Below are positions 16,458-24,170 of a DNA stretch of 32,000 nt, one piece after another; position 1 is the first letter of the stretch, and each line of letters starts with the position of its first letter. Made by a program: the position numbers and the translations under genes. This DNA comes from Phycisphaera mikurensis NBRC 102666 (GTDB lineage: Bacteria > Planctomycetota > Phycisphaerae > Phycisphaerales > Phycisphaeraceae), in assembly GCF_000284115.1 (NCBI RefSeq), contig NC_017080.1:1680001-1712000 (forward strand). Reading direction: 5' to 3'. The notes beneath the pieces were generated by a model. It did no database searches, was not told where the DNA came from, and saw only the letters and a program-made list of their open reading frames with translations.

Positions 16458-17717
16458 TCACGCCTCCTCCAACACCGCCACGCCCACTTCCACCACCCGC
16501 GTGCGCTCCGCCTTGAGCACCTCGAACCGGCACCCGCAGTCCTCGAAGGCTTCCCCCGCCACCGGGATGTGGCCGAGCTTCGAAAAGACGAAGCCGGCGA
16601 GCGTCTCGTAGTCGCCGTCGTCGGGCAGGTCCAGATTCATCGCGTCGTTGAGCACGTCCACGTGCATGCGGGCGTCGACGACGGCGCGGCGTCCGTCGGC
16701 GTCCATCTCCAGCGCGGGCTCTTCGTCCTTCTCCTCGTACTCGTCGTGGATCTCGCCGACGATCTCCTCGAGGATGTCCTCGATGGTGACCAGCCCGGCG
16801 GTCCCGCCGTACTCGTCGAGCACCACGGCGAGGTGGACCTGGCGGCGGCGGAACTCGGCGAGCATCTCGCGGACGCTCTTGGTCTCGGGCACCAGCAGCG
16901 GCTCACGCCACACCGCGGCGAGCTCGAAGGCCTCGGGGCGGTTGAGGAATGCGATGAGGTCCTTCACGTAGAGCAGGCCGACGATCTCGTCGAGGCTCTC
17001 GCGGTACACCGGGATGCGGGAGTGACCGGCGGCCATCACGGCGTCCTGCACCTCCTGCAGGTTCAGACCCTCGGGCAGGCCCTCGACGTCGGTCCGCGGG
17101 GTCATGATCTCGGCGACGGTGGTCTCGGACATCTCCACGACGCCCTCGATCATCTGCCGCTGGGCCTCGTCCACCGTGAGTTCCTCGTCGTGCCGCTCGA
17201 CCGCGTCGAGCACCTGCTCGGCGAGGTCGTCCTCCTCGTCGTGCAGCTCCACGCCCGAGACGCGGCGGACCATCGGGTCGATGACGCGCAGCGGGAAGGT
17301 GAGCGGGAAGAGCGCGATCCGCAGCGCGTGCAGCACCGGGATGCTCCACAGCAGCAGCCGCTCGCGGCGGTACGCGGCCCAGTAGACCGGGACCGCCACG
17401 GTGAAGACGCCCATCAGGACGACGGCCAGCGCGGCGGCGAAGCCGTAGCGGCGCCAGCCCGCGTCGACGCCGGCCAGCTCGAACACGCGGTAGCCGGCGA
17501 GCACCAGCACCATCGCGGCGGTCGCCCGCGCGACGCCGGTGGCCAGCAGCAGATCCGGCACCTCCGCGACCACGCGGGCGAGCCGGTCCTCGCGGCCCCG
17601 TTGCTCGAGCAGCTCGGCGAGGCGGCGGCGGCTGAGGATCTTCAGCGCGTTGTGGCAGGCGGCGAAGTAGCTGGCGGCGATGCCGGCGATCCCGATGAGC
17701 ACAACGGTGGCCGTCAC
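16458..17717 (-). CDS. CNNM/CorC/TlyC-family protein (DUF21 membrane domain + CBS pair + CorC_HlyC)
   Basis: Track ORF of 419 aa with a GTG start. Sequence includes GHSRIPVY...IVGLLYVKDL and HLAVVLDEYGGTAGLVTIEDILEEIVGEI, plus a CorC_HlyC-like C-terminus. The start overlaps the ybeY stop as GTGA at 17714..17717. Confidence 0.9.
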   Translation of the reverse strand: MTATVVLIGIAGIAASYFAACHNALKILSRRRLAELLEQRGREDRLARVVAEVPDLLLATGVARATAAMVLVLAGYRVFELAGVDAGWRRYGFAAALAVVLMGVFTVAVPVYWAAYRRERLLLWSIPVLHALRIALFPLTFPLRVIDPMVRRVSGVELHDEEDDLAEQVLDAVERHDEELTVDEAQRQMIEGVVEMSETTVAEIMTPRTDVEGLPEGLNLQEVQDAVMAAGHSRIPVYRESLDEIVGLLYVKDLIAFLNRPEAFELAAVWREPLLVPETKSVREMLAEFRRRQVHLAVVLDEYGGTAGLVTIEDILEEIVGEIHDEYEEKDEEPALEMDADGRRAVVDARMHVDVLNDAMNLDLPDDGDYETLAGFVFSKLGHIPVAGEAFEDCGCRFEVLKAERTRVVEVGVAVLEEA

Positions 17718-18241
17718 CGCGCAGCCTCCGGCTTGAAGAAGACCGGCCCGTGGCCCAGCGACGCCAGGATCGCGTCTTCCCGCTCGTGCATGCGGCGGTG
17801 GCCGGCGGGGCTGTGGTCGTCCTCGCCGTCGAGGTGCAGCAGGCCGTGGACCGCGTAGAGCAGCAGCTCCAGCCGCGCGTCGTGTCCGAGCTCCGCGGCC
17901 CGCCGGACGGCCTCGTCGCGGCAGAGCACGAGGTCGCCATCGATCGGCGACCGGGGGTCGTCCCGGTTGTCGAAGGTCAGCACGTCGGTGGTGCCGGACA
18001 CGCCGCTGTGCAGGCGGTGCAGAGCCTCCATCGCCGCGTCATTCACCACGCGGATCGCGAGCGTGGCACCCCCTAGGCCGGCGCCGCGGACCGCGGCGGC
18101 CAGCTGCTCCGCGAGCCAGCCGTCCGCGGGCGGATCGACGTCGGGTGCGTCGAGGTCGCAGGTGATGTCGGGGGCGGCGGGAGCGGGGACCGAACTGGGA
18201 GGTTCGTCGGCCTCGGCGTCGCCGCGGGTCGTGTCGTTCAT
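17714..18241 (-). CDS. ybeY: rRNA maturation endoribonuclease YbeY
   Basis: Internal ATG at 18241 (MNDTTRG) of track ORF 17714..18553. Motifs present: TDVLTF and the zinc motif AVHGLLHLDGEDDH. The ATG overlaps the upstream stop as ATGA at 18238..18241. Confidence 0.9.
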   Translation of the reverse strand: MNDTTRGDAEADEPPSSVPAPAAPDITCDLDAPDVDPPADGWLAEQLAAAVRGAGLGGATLAIRVVNDAAMEALHRLHSGVSGTTDVLTFDNRDDPRSPIDGDLVLCRDEAVRRAAELGHDARLELLLYAVHGLLHLDGEDDHSPAGHRRMHEREDAILASLGHGPVFFKPEAAR

Positions 18242-18699
18242 CTCGGGAGGGTGCAATCGCGTCGCTTCATCAGGGTGACCCGGTTGCCCGCCTCGTTGAA
18301 GAGCACCTGGGTCATGTAAGCCTTCATCAGCATGACGCCGCGGCCGTGGGGGCGGTGGAGGTTCTCCTCCGCGGTCGGATCGGGCAACGCCGCGGGCTCG
18401 AAGCCGCAGCCGCAGTCCTCGATGTGGATCGTGACGCGGTCCTCGGCGACTTCCCAATCCACGGTCACGGTCTGGTCGGGGTCGTTGTGGTTGCCGTGCC
18501 GCACCGCGTTGGCCATCGCCTCGTCGAGCGCGAGCTTCACGGCGAATCGGCACTTCTCCGGGTAGCCGGCGGCCTCGAGCTCCTCAAGCACCGCGTCCTG
18601 CACGGGCGGGATGTTCCCGATGCGGCTGCTGAAGGTGCGGGAGGGCATGTCCGGTGCCGTGAGGAAGATGCGCGTTGAAGCTCCCGCCGGCGGGTTCAC
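18238..18699 (-). CDS. Anti-sigma regulatory factor, Ser/Thr kinase (RsbW/SpoIIAB-like, HATPase_c_2)
   Basis: Contains LALDEAMANAVRHGN (N-box), IEDCGCGF (G1) and HGRGVMLMK (G2). The GTG at 18699 would overlap the STAS stop as GTGA; an alternative ATG lies at 18648. Confidence 0.8.
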   Translation of the reverse strand: MNPPAGASTRIFLTAPDMPSRTFSSRIGNIPPVQDAVLEELEAAGYPEKCRFAVKLALDEAMANAVRHGNHNDPDQTVTVDWEVAEDRVTIHIEDCGCGFEPAALPDPTAEENLHRPHGRGVMLMKAYMTQVLFNEAGNRVTLMKRRDCTLPR

Positions 18700-19058
18700 T
18701 TGAAGCTCTTGGCGGCGGCGTCCTTGTCGTCGTGGATCTGGAAGAGCTTGTTGAGCTTGGTGATCACGAAGACTTCGTAGATCTGCTCGTCGATGTCGGA
18801 GAGGCGGAGCTGGCCGCCCTTCGCCTTGACCTTGTTGTTCACGGTGATCAGCGTCCCCAGCGCGGCGGAGGAGAGGTGCTCGACGCCTGAGAAGTCCAGC
18901 AGCAGCTTCGGGTTGGAATCGCTCTCGATCATCGCGGCGAGCTCGTCCCCGATCTGCTGAATGGCCGACTCCTCGAGGATGTTGCGGTCCCGGAAGCGGA
19001 CGTGGGTGACGCCGCCGTCGGGGCCGGTCGGAGAAGTCTCGAGTCTGGAGTCGGGCAT
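18696..19058 (-). CDS. STAS-domain anti-sigma-factor antagonist (RsbV/SpoIIAA-like)
   Basis: Internal ATG at 19058 (MPDSRLE) of track ORF 18696..19223. Sequence includes KLLLDFSGVEHLSSAALGTLITV...GGQLRLSDIDEQIYEVFVITKLNKLF. Confidence 0.8.
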   Translation of the reverse strand: MPDSRLETSPTGPDGGVTHVRFRDRNILEESAIQQIGDELAAMIESDSNPKLLLDFSGVEHLSSAALGTLITVNNKVKAKGGQLRLSDIDEQIYEVFVITKLNKLFQIHDDKDAAAKSFK

Positions 19059-19209
19059 GCGGCGGTCCGTGAGGGGAGAGGCGGTCCGCGACGGTACGGC
19101 TCGCGTCGCCTCGATGTCAATTCTGCTCGGGCCGGGCGGGCTCCGCGGCCGCGGCGGGGGGCCGCCGGTAAGGTCCTTCCGCCAGGCCGCTCCCGACGCG
19201 CAGCGGCCG

Positions 19210-20115
19210 ATGACCATGCTCACGCTCCCCTACAAGGTCCTGATCTCGCTCTCGGCGCTGCTGCTGCTCGCGGCGGTCGGCTACCGCGCCACCCACCTGC
19301 TCGGCGGCGGAGAGCCGCTCGCCGCGCTCGAGCCGGCGACGGAGCCGGCCGCGCCGCCGGAGGCTTCCGACGCCGAGCCGCTGCCGCCCGCTCCGGTGGC
19401 GGTCCGGCCGCCGCCGCCCCGCCCGGCCCAAGACCCGCCGCCGGCCGCGTCGCCGACCGCGGCCGATGCCGCGCAGCCCCCCGCGGCCGCGCCGGAGGAC
19501 GCGGTGCCCACGCTGGTCATCGGCCGCCAGCCGGGCCAGCCGGACCAGCCGGGCCAGCCGGACCAGCCGGGCCAGCCGGGCCAGCCGAACCAGCCGAGTC
19601 AGCCGGGCAAGTCGAACCAGCCGCCGCCGGTCGCTGCCGCCGCCGACCCCGCACCCCCCGGGTCGGATGCCGCGTCCCCGTCCACGTCCGGAGCCGCCCA
19701 GCCGGAGCGGGTGTACGTCGTGGCCGAGGGCGACAGCCTGCAGAAGATCGCCCGCGCGACCCTCGGCGACGCCAACCGCTGGTCGTCGATCGCCGAGCTC
19801 AACCCGGGCCTGGACCCGCTGCGGCTGCAGGTCGGCGACCGCCTCCGGCTCCCGGCGGACGCGGCGGGGAGCACCGCGGCCGCAGCGGGCCCCGCGCCCG
19901 CGTCGCCCGCGCCCGCGACAGCGTCGGGAGGCACCGCCGCCCTCCACGTCGTCAAGCCGGGAGACTCGCTGAGCGTGATCGCCCTGCGGTACTACGGCGA
20001 CAGCACGCGGTGGAAGGCGATCTACGACGCCAACCGCTCGCTCATGAAGAGCCCGGACGACCTGGGGATCGGCGTCGAGCTGCAGATCCCCCCGCGGGCC
20101 GCCGACGACCGATAA
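19210..20115 (+). CDS. Membrane-anchored Pro-rich protein with two C-terminal LysM domains
   Basis: Internal ATG at 19210 (MTMLTLPYKVLISLSALLLLAAV) of track ORF 18961..20115. LysM-like segments: YVVAEGDSLQKIARATLGDANRWSSIAELNP and HVVKPGDSLSVIALRYYGDSTRWKAIYDANR. Confidence 0.85.
   Translation: MTMLTLPYKVLISLSALLLLAAVGYRATHLLGGGEPLAALEPATEPAAPPEASDAEPLPPAPVAVRPPPPRPAQDPPPAASPTAADAAQPPAAAPEDAVPTLVIGRQPGQPDQPGQPDQPGQPGQPNQPSQPGKSNQPPPVAAAADPAPPGSDAASPSTSGAAQPERVYVVAEGDSLQKIARATLGDANRWSSIAELNPGLDPLRLQVGDRLRLPADAAGSTAAAAGPAPASPAPATASGGTAALHVVKPGDSLSVIALRYYGDSTRWKAIYDANRSLMKSPDDLGIGVELQIPPRAADDR
19528..19626 (+). repeat. In-frame 9-nt tandem repeat, CAGCCG-GRC x about 11 (QPG/QPD/QPN/QPS), inside the LysM gene
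   Basis: Reads cagccgggc cagccggac cagccgggc cagccggac cagccgggc cagccgggc cagccgaac cagccgagt cagccgggc aagtcgaac cagccgccg. Confidence 0.9.
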
Positions 20116-20300
20116 ACCGGCGGCGACGCGGACCGGGCGGGCACCCGCTCCGCTCGCGGTCGAATCCTTATCCTCCGGCCCGGCCGGGGCCCGCTCCGCG
20201 TCCGACCGCGGCCGCGGGCTCGCCCCCGCCGCCGCTGGAACCCGCACCCGCCCGGACCCTTGCGGGCGCCCGGCTCTCCCCGGAAGGACCCGTTTCTCCG

Positions 20301-21347
20301 TTGATCTTCGACAACCTCCTCAGCCTGTTCAGCGTCGACATGGGCATCGACCTGGGGACGTGCAACACCCTCGTCTGCGTCCGCGGCGAAGGCATCGTGC
20401 TCAACGAGCCGTCGGTCGTCGCCGTCCACAAGGGCACCAACAAGGTCCTGCAGAACGGCAACGCGGTCGGCTGGGTCGCCAAGGAGATGCTCGGCAAGAC
20501 CCCCGGCAGCATCACGGCGGTGAGGCCGCTGAAGGACGGGGTGATCTCCGACTTCGAGATCACCGAGGCGATGCTCAGCTACTTCATCCGCAAGGTGAAC
20601 GGCAAGCGCCCGCTGGTGAAGCCCCGCGTCGTCATCGCCGTGCCCTCGGGCATCACCGCCGTGGAGAAGCGGGCCGTGCTGGATTCCGCGGAGCGGGCCG
20701 GGGCCCGCAAGGTGTTCCTCGTGGAGGAGCCGATGGCCGCCGCCATCGGCGCCAGCCTTCCGGTGGTGGAGGCGACCGCCTCGATGATCGTGGACATCGG
20801 CGGCGGCACCACCGAGGTCGCGATCATGTCGCTGGCCGACATCGCCCAATGCGAGTCGGTCCGCGTGGCCGGTGACGACCTGGACGAGTCGATCATCAAC
20901 CACATGAAGAAGGCCTACAACCTGATGATCGGCGAGCAGACCGCCGAACGCATCAAGATCGAGGTCGGCTCCGCCGCGAAGGTGGAGGAGGACACCACGA
21001 TCGAGGTCCGCGGCCGCGACATGATCTCGGGCCTGCCCCGCAAGACCGTCATCACCAGCGAGGAGATTCGTGAGGCCCTCCAGGAGCCGCTGTCGTCCAT
21101 CCTCGAGACCGTGACCCGGACCCTCGAACGCTGCGACCCCGAGCTGGCCGCCGACCTCGTGGACAACGGCATCATGCTCGCCGGCGGCGGGGCGCTGCTG
21201 CGCGGGATCAGCGTCGTCATCTCCGACGCGACGGGCCTGGAGTGCCGCATCGCCGAGGACCCGCTGACCTGCGTCGCCCGCGGCACCGCGATCTACCTGG
21301 AACACCTCGAGGAGTGGAAGGGAACGATGGAGTCGGAGATCGACTGA
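20301..21347 (+). CDS. mreB: Rod-shape-determining actin homologue MreB
   Basis: Sequence includes GIDLGTCNTLV, AVRPLKDGVISDFE, VIAVPSGITAVEKRAV, EEPMAAAIGA, IVDIGGGTTEVA and MLAGGGALLRG. The TTG at 20301 gives (M)IFDNLLSLFSVDMGIDLGT, the usual MreB N-terminus, and lies 12 nt after ggaagga. The first ATG is at 20340. Confidence 0.93.
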   Translation: MIFDNLLSLFSVDMGIDLGTCNTLVCVRGEGIVLNEPSVVAVHKGTNKVLQNGNAVGWVAKEMLGKTPGSITAVRPLKDGVISDFEITEAMLSYFIRKVNGKRPLVKPRVVIAVPSGITAVEKRAVLDSAERAGARKVFLVEEPMAAAIGASLPVVEATASMIVDIGGGTTEVAIMSLADIAQCESVRVAGDDLDESIINHMKKAYNLMIGEQTAERIKIEVGSAAKVEEDTTIEVRGRDMISGLPRKTVITSEEIREALQEPLSSILETVTRTLERCDPELAADLVDNGIMLAGGGALLRGISVVISDATGLECRIAEDPLTCVARGTAIYLEHLEEWKGTMESEID

Positions 21348-21572
21348 CCGCCATCCTCTGGACGATCAGGGCGTTCGCTCACGGGGTGCCGGGCCGACTC
21401 GGGGGTGGATTCCGCTCTTGCATGCGGCCTTCTCCACCCATGGAGGCCCCGCCCCGGCGTGTGGCCCTGCGCGGCGGGCTCCGGGGCCGTGTTCGCCAAG
21501 CCGGCGTCCGCGGCCTGCTAAACTCGTTGGAGTCCGGGGCTCGCCCGGCGTTGATCCGGTGGTGGAGCGGGC

Positions 21573-22793
21573 ATGGTGGAGATCGACCCCAGGGTGCAGC
21601 GGCGCACGCTCAGCGGCGACACGTCCCGGCAGATCGTGGTCTGCCGGGTGGTGTGCATCTTCTTCATGATGAGCGTGCACGTGCGGCCGTACTTCGACGC
21701 ATCGGCGTGGGACGTGACCGACGCGATGCACTGGGTCGGCATCCTTTGGGTGGACGTGCTCGGCCGGGCGAGCGTGCCGGCGCTGAGCCTGATCTCCGGC
21801 TTCCTGATCGCCATGCGGTTCGGAAGAGACACCGCGGGCGGCTTCGTCTGGAAGCGGTTCAAAGTCCTCTGCCTGCCGATGCTCGCGTGGAACCTGGTGT
21901 TCCAGGGGCTGCTGCTGCTTCCCTGGCTCCTCACGGGGCGCCCCTCGGGGACGCACGATCTCTTCTTCGGGGGCTCGGCCGTGGCCGCGGTCTTCGAGCA
22001 CCTGCTGTTCCTCTACGGCCACCCCACGAACGTGACGCTGAGCTTCCTGCGCGACCTGTTCGTGAGCAGCTTGATCGCCTGGTGCGCGCTGCGGTTCGGC
22101 TCGAGGGGGGTGCTGATCGCGTTCGTGCTGTCGCTTCTGCTGTGGCAGACGGACTTCTACGGGGAGGCGGTCCTCCGGACGTCGATCCCCTCGTTCGTGC
22201 TGGCCGGCGTGCTGGTGCAGCGGCACGTCGGCCACCTCAACCCGCCCGTCGCGGCGGCGGCGACCGCCTACGCGTCGCTGGCGCTCGTCACGGCGCTCCT
22301 GTGGGCGGGTCAGGGGGAACGGCTCGAAGACATGCTGCCCGGGAGCCTGTGGTCGATGACGTTCCGCGGCCTCGCGACGCTGTGCGTGCTCGACGCGGCT
22401 TTCCGGCTCGCCAGCGGCGGGGGCTTCGGCGTTCTGAAGCGGTGGGAACCGGCGGCGTACCTCGCCTACCTGTCGCACTCCGTGGTGATCCTGTTCGGCT
22501 GGGGCTTCTTCGAGCGGGTGGTCGGCGACACCGGCGGGGCCCTCTACGTCGCCTTCTTCCTCGCCATGCCGGCGTTCTGCTTCGTGGCGGCCTTGGCGGC
22601 CATCCCGCTGCTGGACCGCATGCCGGCGTGGCTGCAGGTCCTCGCGCGGGGCAAGAGCAGGCGACGCGTTCCCGCCCCCGCTCCCGCTCCCGCCCCCGCC
22701 CGGCCCGACAGCGGCCGCGCCGGTCCGACGGACGCCGCGATGCCGCCGGCCGGGTCGGGCGTTTCGTCGCCCCCGACCGCCATGACGCCTTGA
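21573..22793 (+). CDS. Acyltransferase family 3 (OafA/YrhL-like) integral membrane protein
   Basis: Track ORF of 406 aa with about 10 hydrophobic helices. It has the family-like segments VCRVVCIFFMMSVH and GRASVPALSLISGFLI. The C-terminus is a Pro/Ala-rich tail. Confidence 0.65.
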   Translation: MVEIDPRVQRRTLSGDTSRQIVVCRVVCIFFMMSVHVRPYFDASAWDVTDAMHWVGILWVDVLGRASVPALSLISGFLIAMRFGRDTAGGFVWKRFKVLCLPMLAWNLVFQGLLLLPWLLTGRPSGTHDLFFGGSAVAAVFEHLLFLYGHPTNVTLSFLRDLFVSSLIAWCALRFGSRGVLIAFVLSLLLWQTDFYGEAVLRTSIPSFVLAGVLVQRHVGHLNPPVAAAATAYASLALVTALLWAGQGERLEDMLPGSLWSMTFRGLATLCVLDAAFRLASGGGFGVLKRWEPAAYLAYLSHSVVILFGWGFFERVVGDTGGALYVAFFLAMPAFCFVAALAAIPLLDRMPAWLQVLARGKSRRRVPAPAPAPAPARPDSGRAGPTDAAMPPAGSGVSSPPTAMTP

Positions 22794-22991
22794 AGCCTGC
22801 GCGTCGGCAGCCGCGCACCCCGACCGCCCCGGGTGCGTGCCGCTTCGCACCCTTGCCGCTTTGAGTCGGGCGTCGCCGACGCCGGGCCGCGGATCGCCCC
22901 GCAGCGCTTAGCGCACGATTTCCTAGTGCCGCGGCTGCCGCCGATCTGCGGGTGAGGCGTGTAGCGTCACCGTGCACGGGTTCACCACCGA

Positions 22992-23474
22992 ATGCAAAGG
23001 AGGCCAAGGATGGCCACGAAGCTCAAGAATCGAAAGCTCTACCACGTCCACCTCACCGACGACGAGCGGGAGCAGCTGACCACGCTGGTCCGCAGCGGCC
23101 GCGTCGCCGGCTGGAAGATCCAGCGGGCGCAAGCCCTGCTCAAGTGCGACGAATCGCCCGGCGCCCCGGCCTGGACCGACGAGCAGATTGCCGAGGCTTT
23201 CGACGCGGGTGTCCGCACTGTGGAGGGCTGGCGGAAGAAGGCTGTCGAGGACGGTCCGCTCTCGTTGCTCGAACGCAAGCCTCAAGACCGCGCGATGCAA
23301 CGCAAGCTCGACGGCGTAGGCGAAGCTCAGCTGGTGACGATCGCCTGCTCGGACCCGCCCGAGGGCCATGATCGCTGGAGCCTCCGCCTCCTGGCCGGCC
23401 GGCTGGTGGAGCTGAAGGTGGTGGACTCGATCAGCCGCGAAGCGGTGCGGTGCGCTCTTCAAAAAACGGCCTGA
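22992..23474 (+). CDS. IS630-family transposase, N-terminal HTH part (orfA)
   Basis: Track ORF of 160 aa with helix-turn-helix-like segments. It ends at ...REAVRCALQKTA*, right after the A6 run at 23461..23466. Confidence 0.85.
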   Translation: MQRRPRMATKLKNRKLYHVHLTDDEREQLTTLVRSGRVAGWKIQRAQALLKCDESPGAPAWTDEQIAEAFDAGVRTVEGWRKKAVEDGPLSLLERKPQDRAMQRKLDGVGEAQLVTIACSDPPEGHDRWSLRLLAGRLVELKVVDSISREAVRCALQKTA

Positions 23475-24163
23475 AGCCGTGGAGGAAGAAGATGTGGTGC
23501 ATCCCGCCGGAGCAGTCCGCGGCCTTCGTCGCGGCCATGGAGGCGGTGCTGTGCCTGTACGCGCTCGCCTACGACCCGGCGTTGCCGGTGGTGTGCATGG
23601 ACGAGCAGCCCAAGCAGCTCATCGGCGAGACCCGCCGCCGCTTCACCGACTCCACCGGCCGTCGGATCGAGGACCACGAGTACGTGCGGCACGGCACCTG
23701 CAACCTGTGGATGTTCACCGAGCCGTTGGCTGGGTGGCGGGACGTTCGGACCAGTCGGCGACGCACCGCGGCGGACTGGGCCCACCAGATCCAGGCGTTG
23801 GTGGACGCCCCGCGTTACGAGTCAGCGACGCGGATCCGCCTGGTGTGCGACAACCTGAACACCCACAGGATCGCGTCGTTGTACGAAGCATTCGAGGCCG
23901 CAGAGGCGCGGCGGATCGCTGAGCGGATCGAGCTGGTGCACACGCCGGCCCACGGTTCGTGGCTGAACATCGCCGAGTGCGAACTGAGTGTGCTCTCAAG
24001 GCAATGCCTCGGCCGACGGATCGACACCATCCAGGAGATCGATCGCGAGGCCCGAGCCTGGGCGGCCGCTCGCAACCAGAGCCAGCGAGGCGTGCACTGG
24101 CAGTTCACCGCCGATGACGCCCGGATCAAGCTGCTGAGCCTCTACCCGCGGATCGCGGCGTGA
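23450..24163 (+). CDS. IS630-family transposase, DDE catalytic part (orfB, -1 frame relative to orfA)
   Basis: Sequence includes KNGLKPWRKKMWCIPP, VVCMDEQPKQL, LVCDNLNTH, HTPAHGSWLNIAECELS. A -1 slip on C-AAAAAA-C would join the two ORFs as ...ALQKNGLKPWRKK, the canonical IS630-family junction. Confidence 0.9.
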   Translation: MRSSKNGLKPWRKKMWCIPPEQSAAFVAAMEAVLCLYALAYDPALPVVCMDEQPKQLIGETRRRFTDSTGRRIEDHEYVRHGTCNLWMFTEPLAGWRDVRTSRRRTAADWAHQIQALVDAPRYESATRIRLVCDNLNTHRIASLYEAFEAAEARRIAERIELVHTPAHGSWLNIAECELSVLSRQCLGRRIDTIQEIDREARAWAAARNQSQRGVHWQFTADDARIKLLSLYPRIAA

Positions 24164-24170
24164 CGCGGCA

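Noticed and set aside
15390-17858. 822-aa plus-strand ORF. Similar long ORFs are 7920..9704 -, 27968..29677 -, 29095..30942 -, 12260..14143 +, 19117..20247 - and 20022..21305 -
   Set aside because: Each is off-frame or antisense to a gene with strong family motifs (nadK/CNNM, HD-GYP/LOG, uppP/mutY, the P-loop protein, the LysM protein, mreB). Each shows the biased Arg/Gly/Ala/Pro composition expected of non-coding frames in high-GC DNA.
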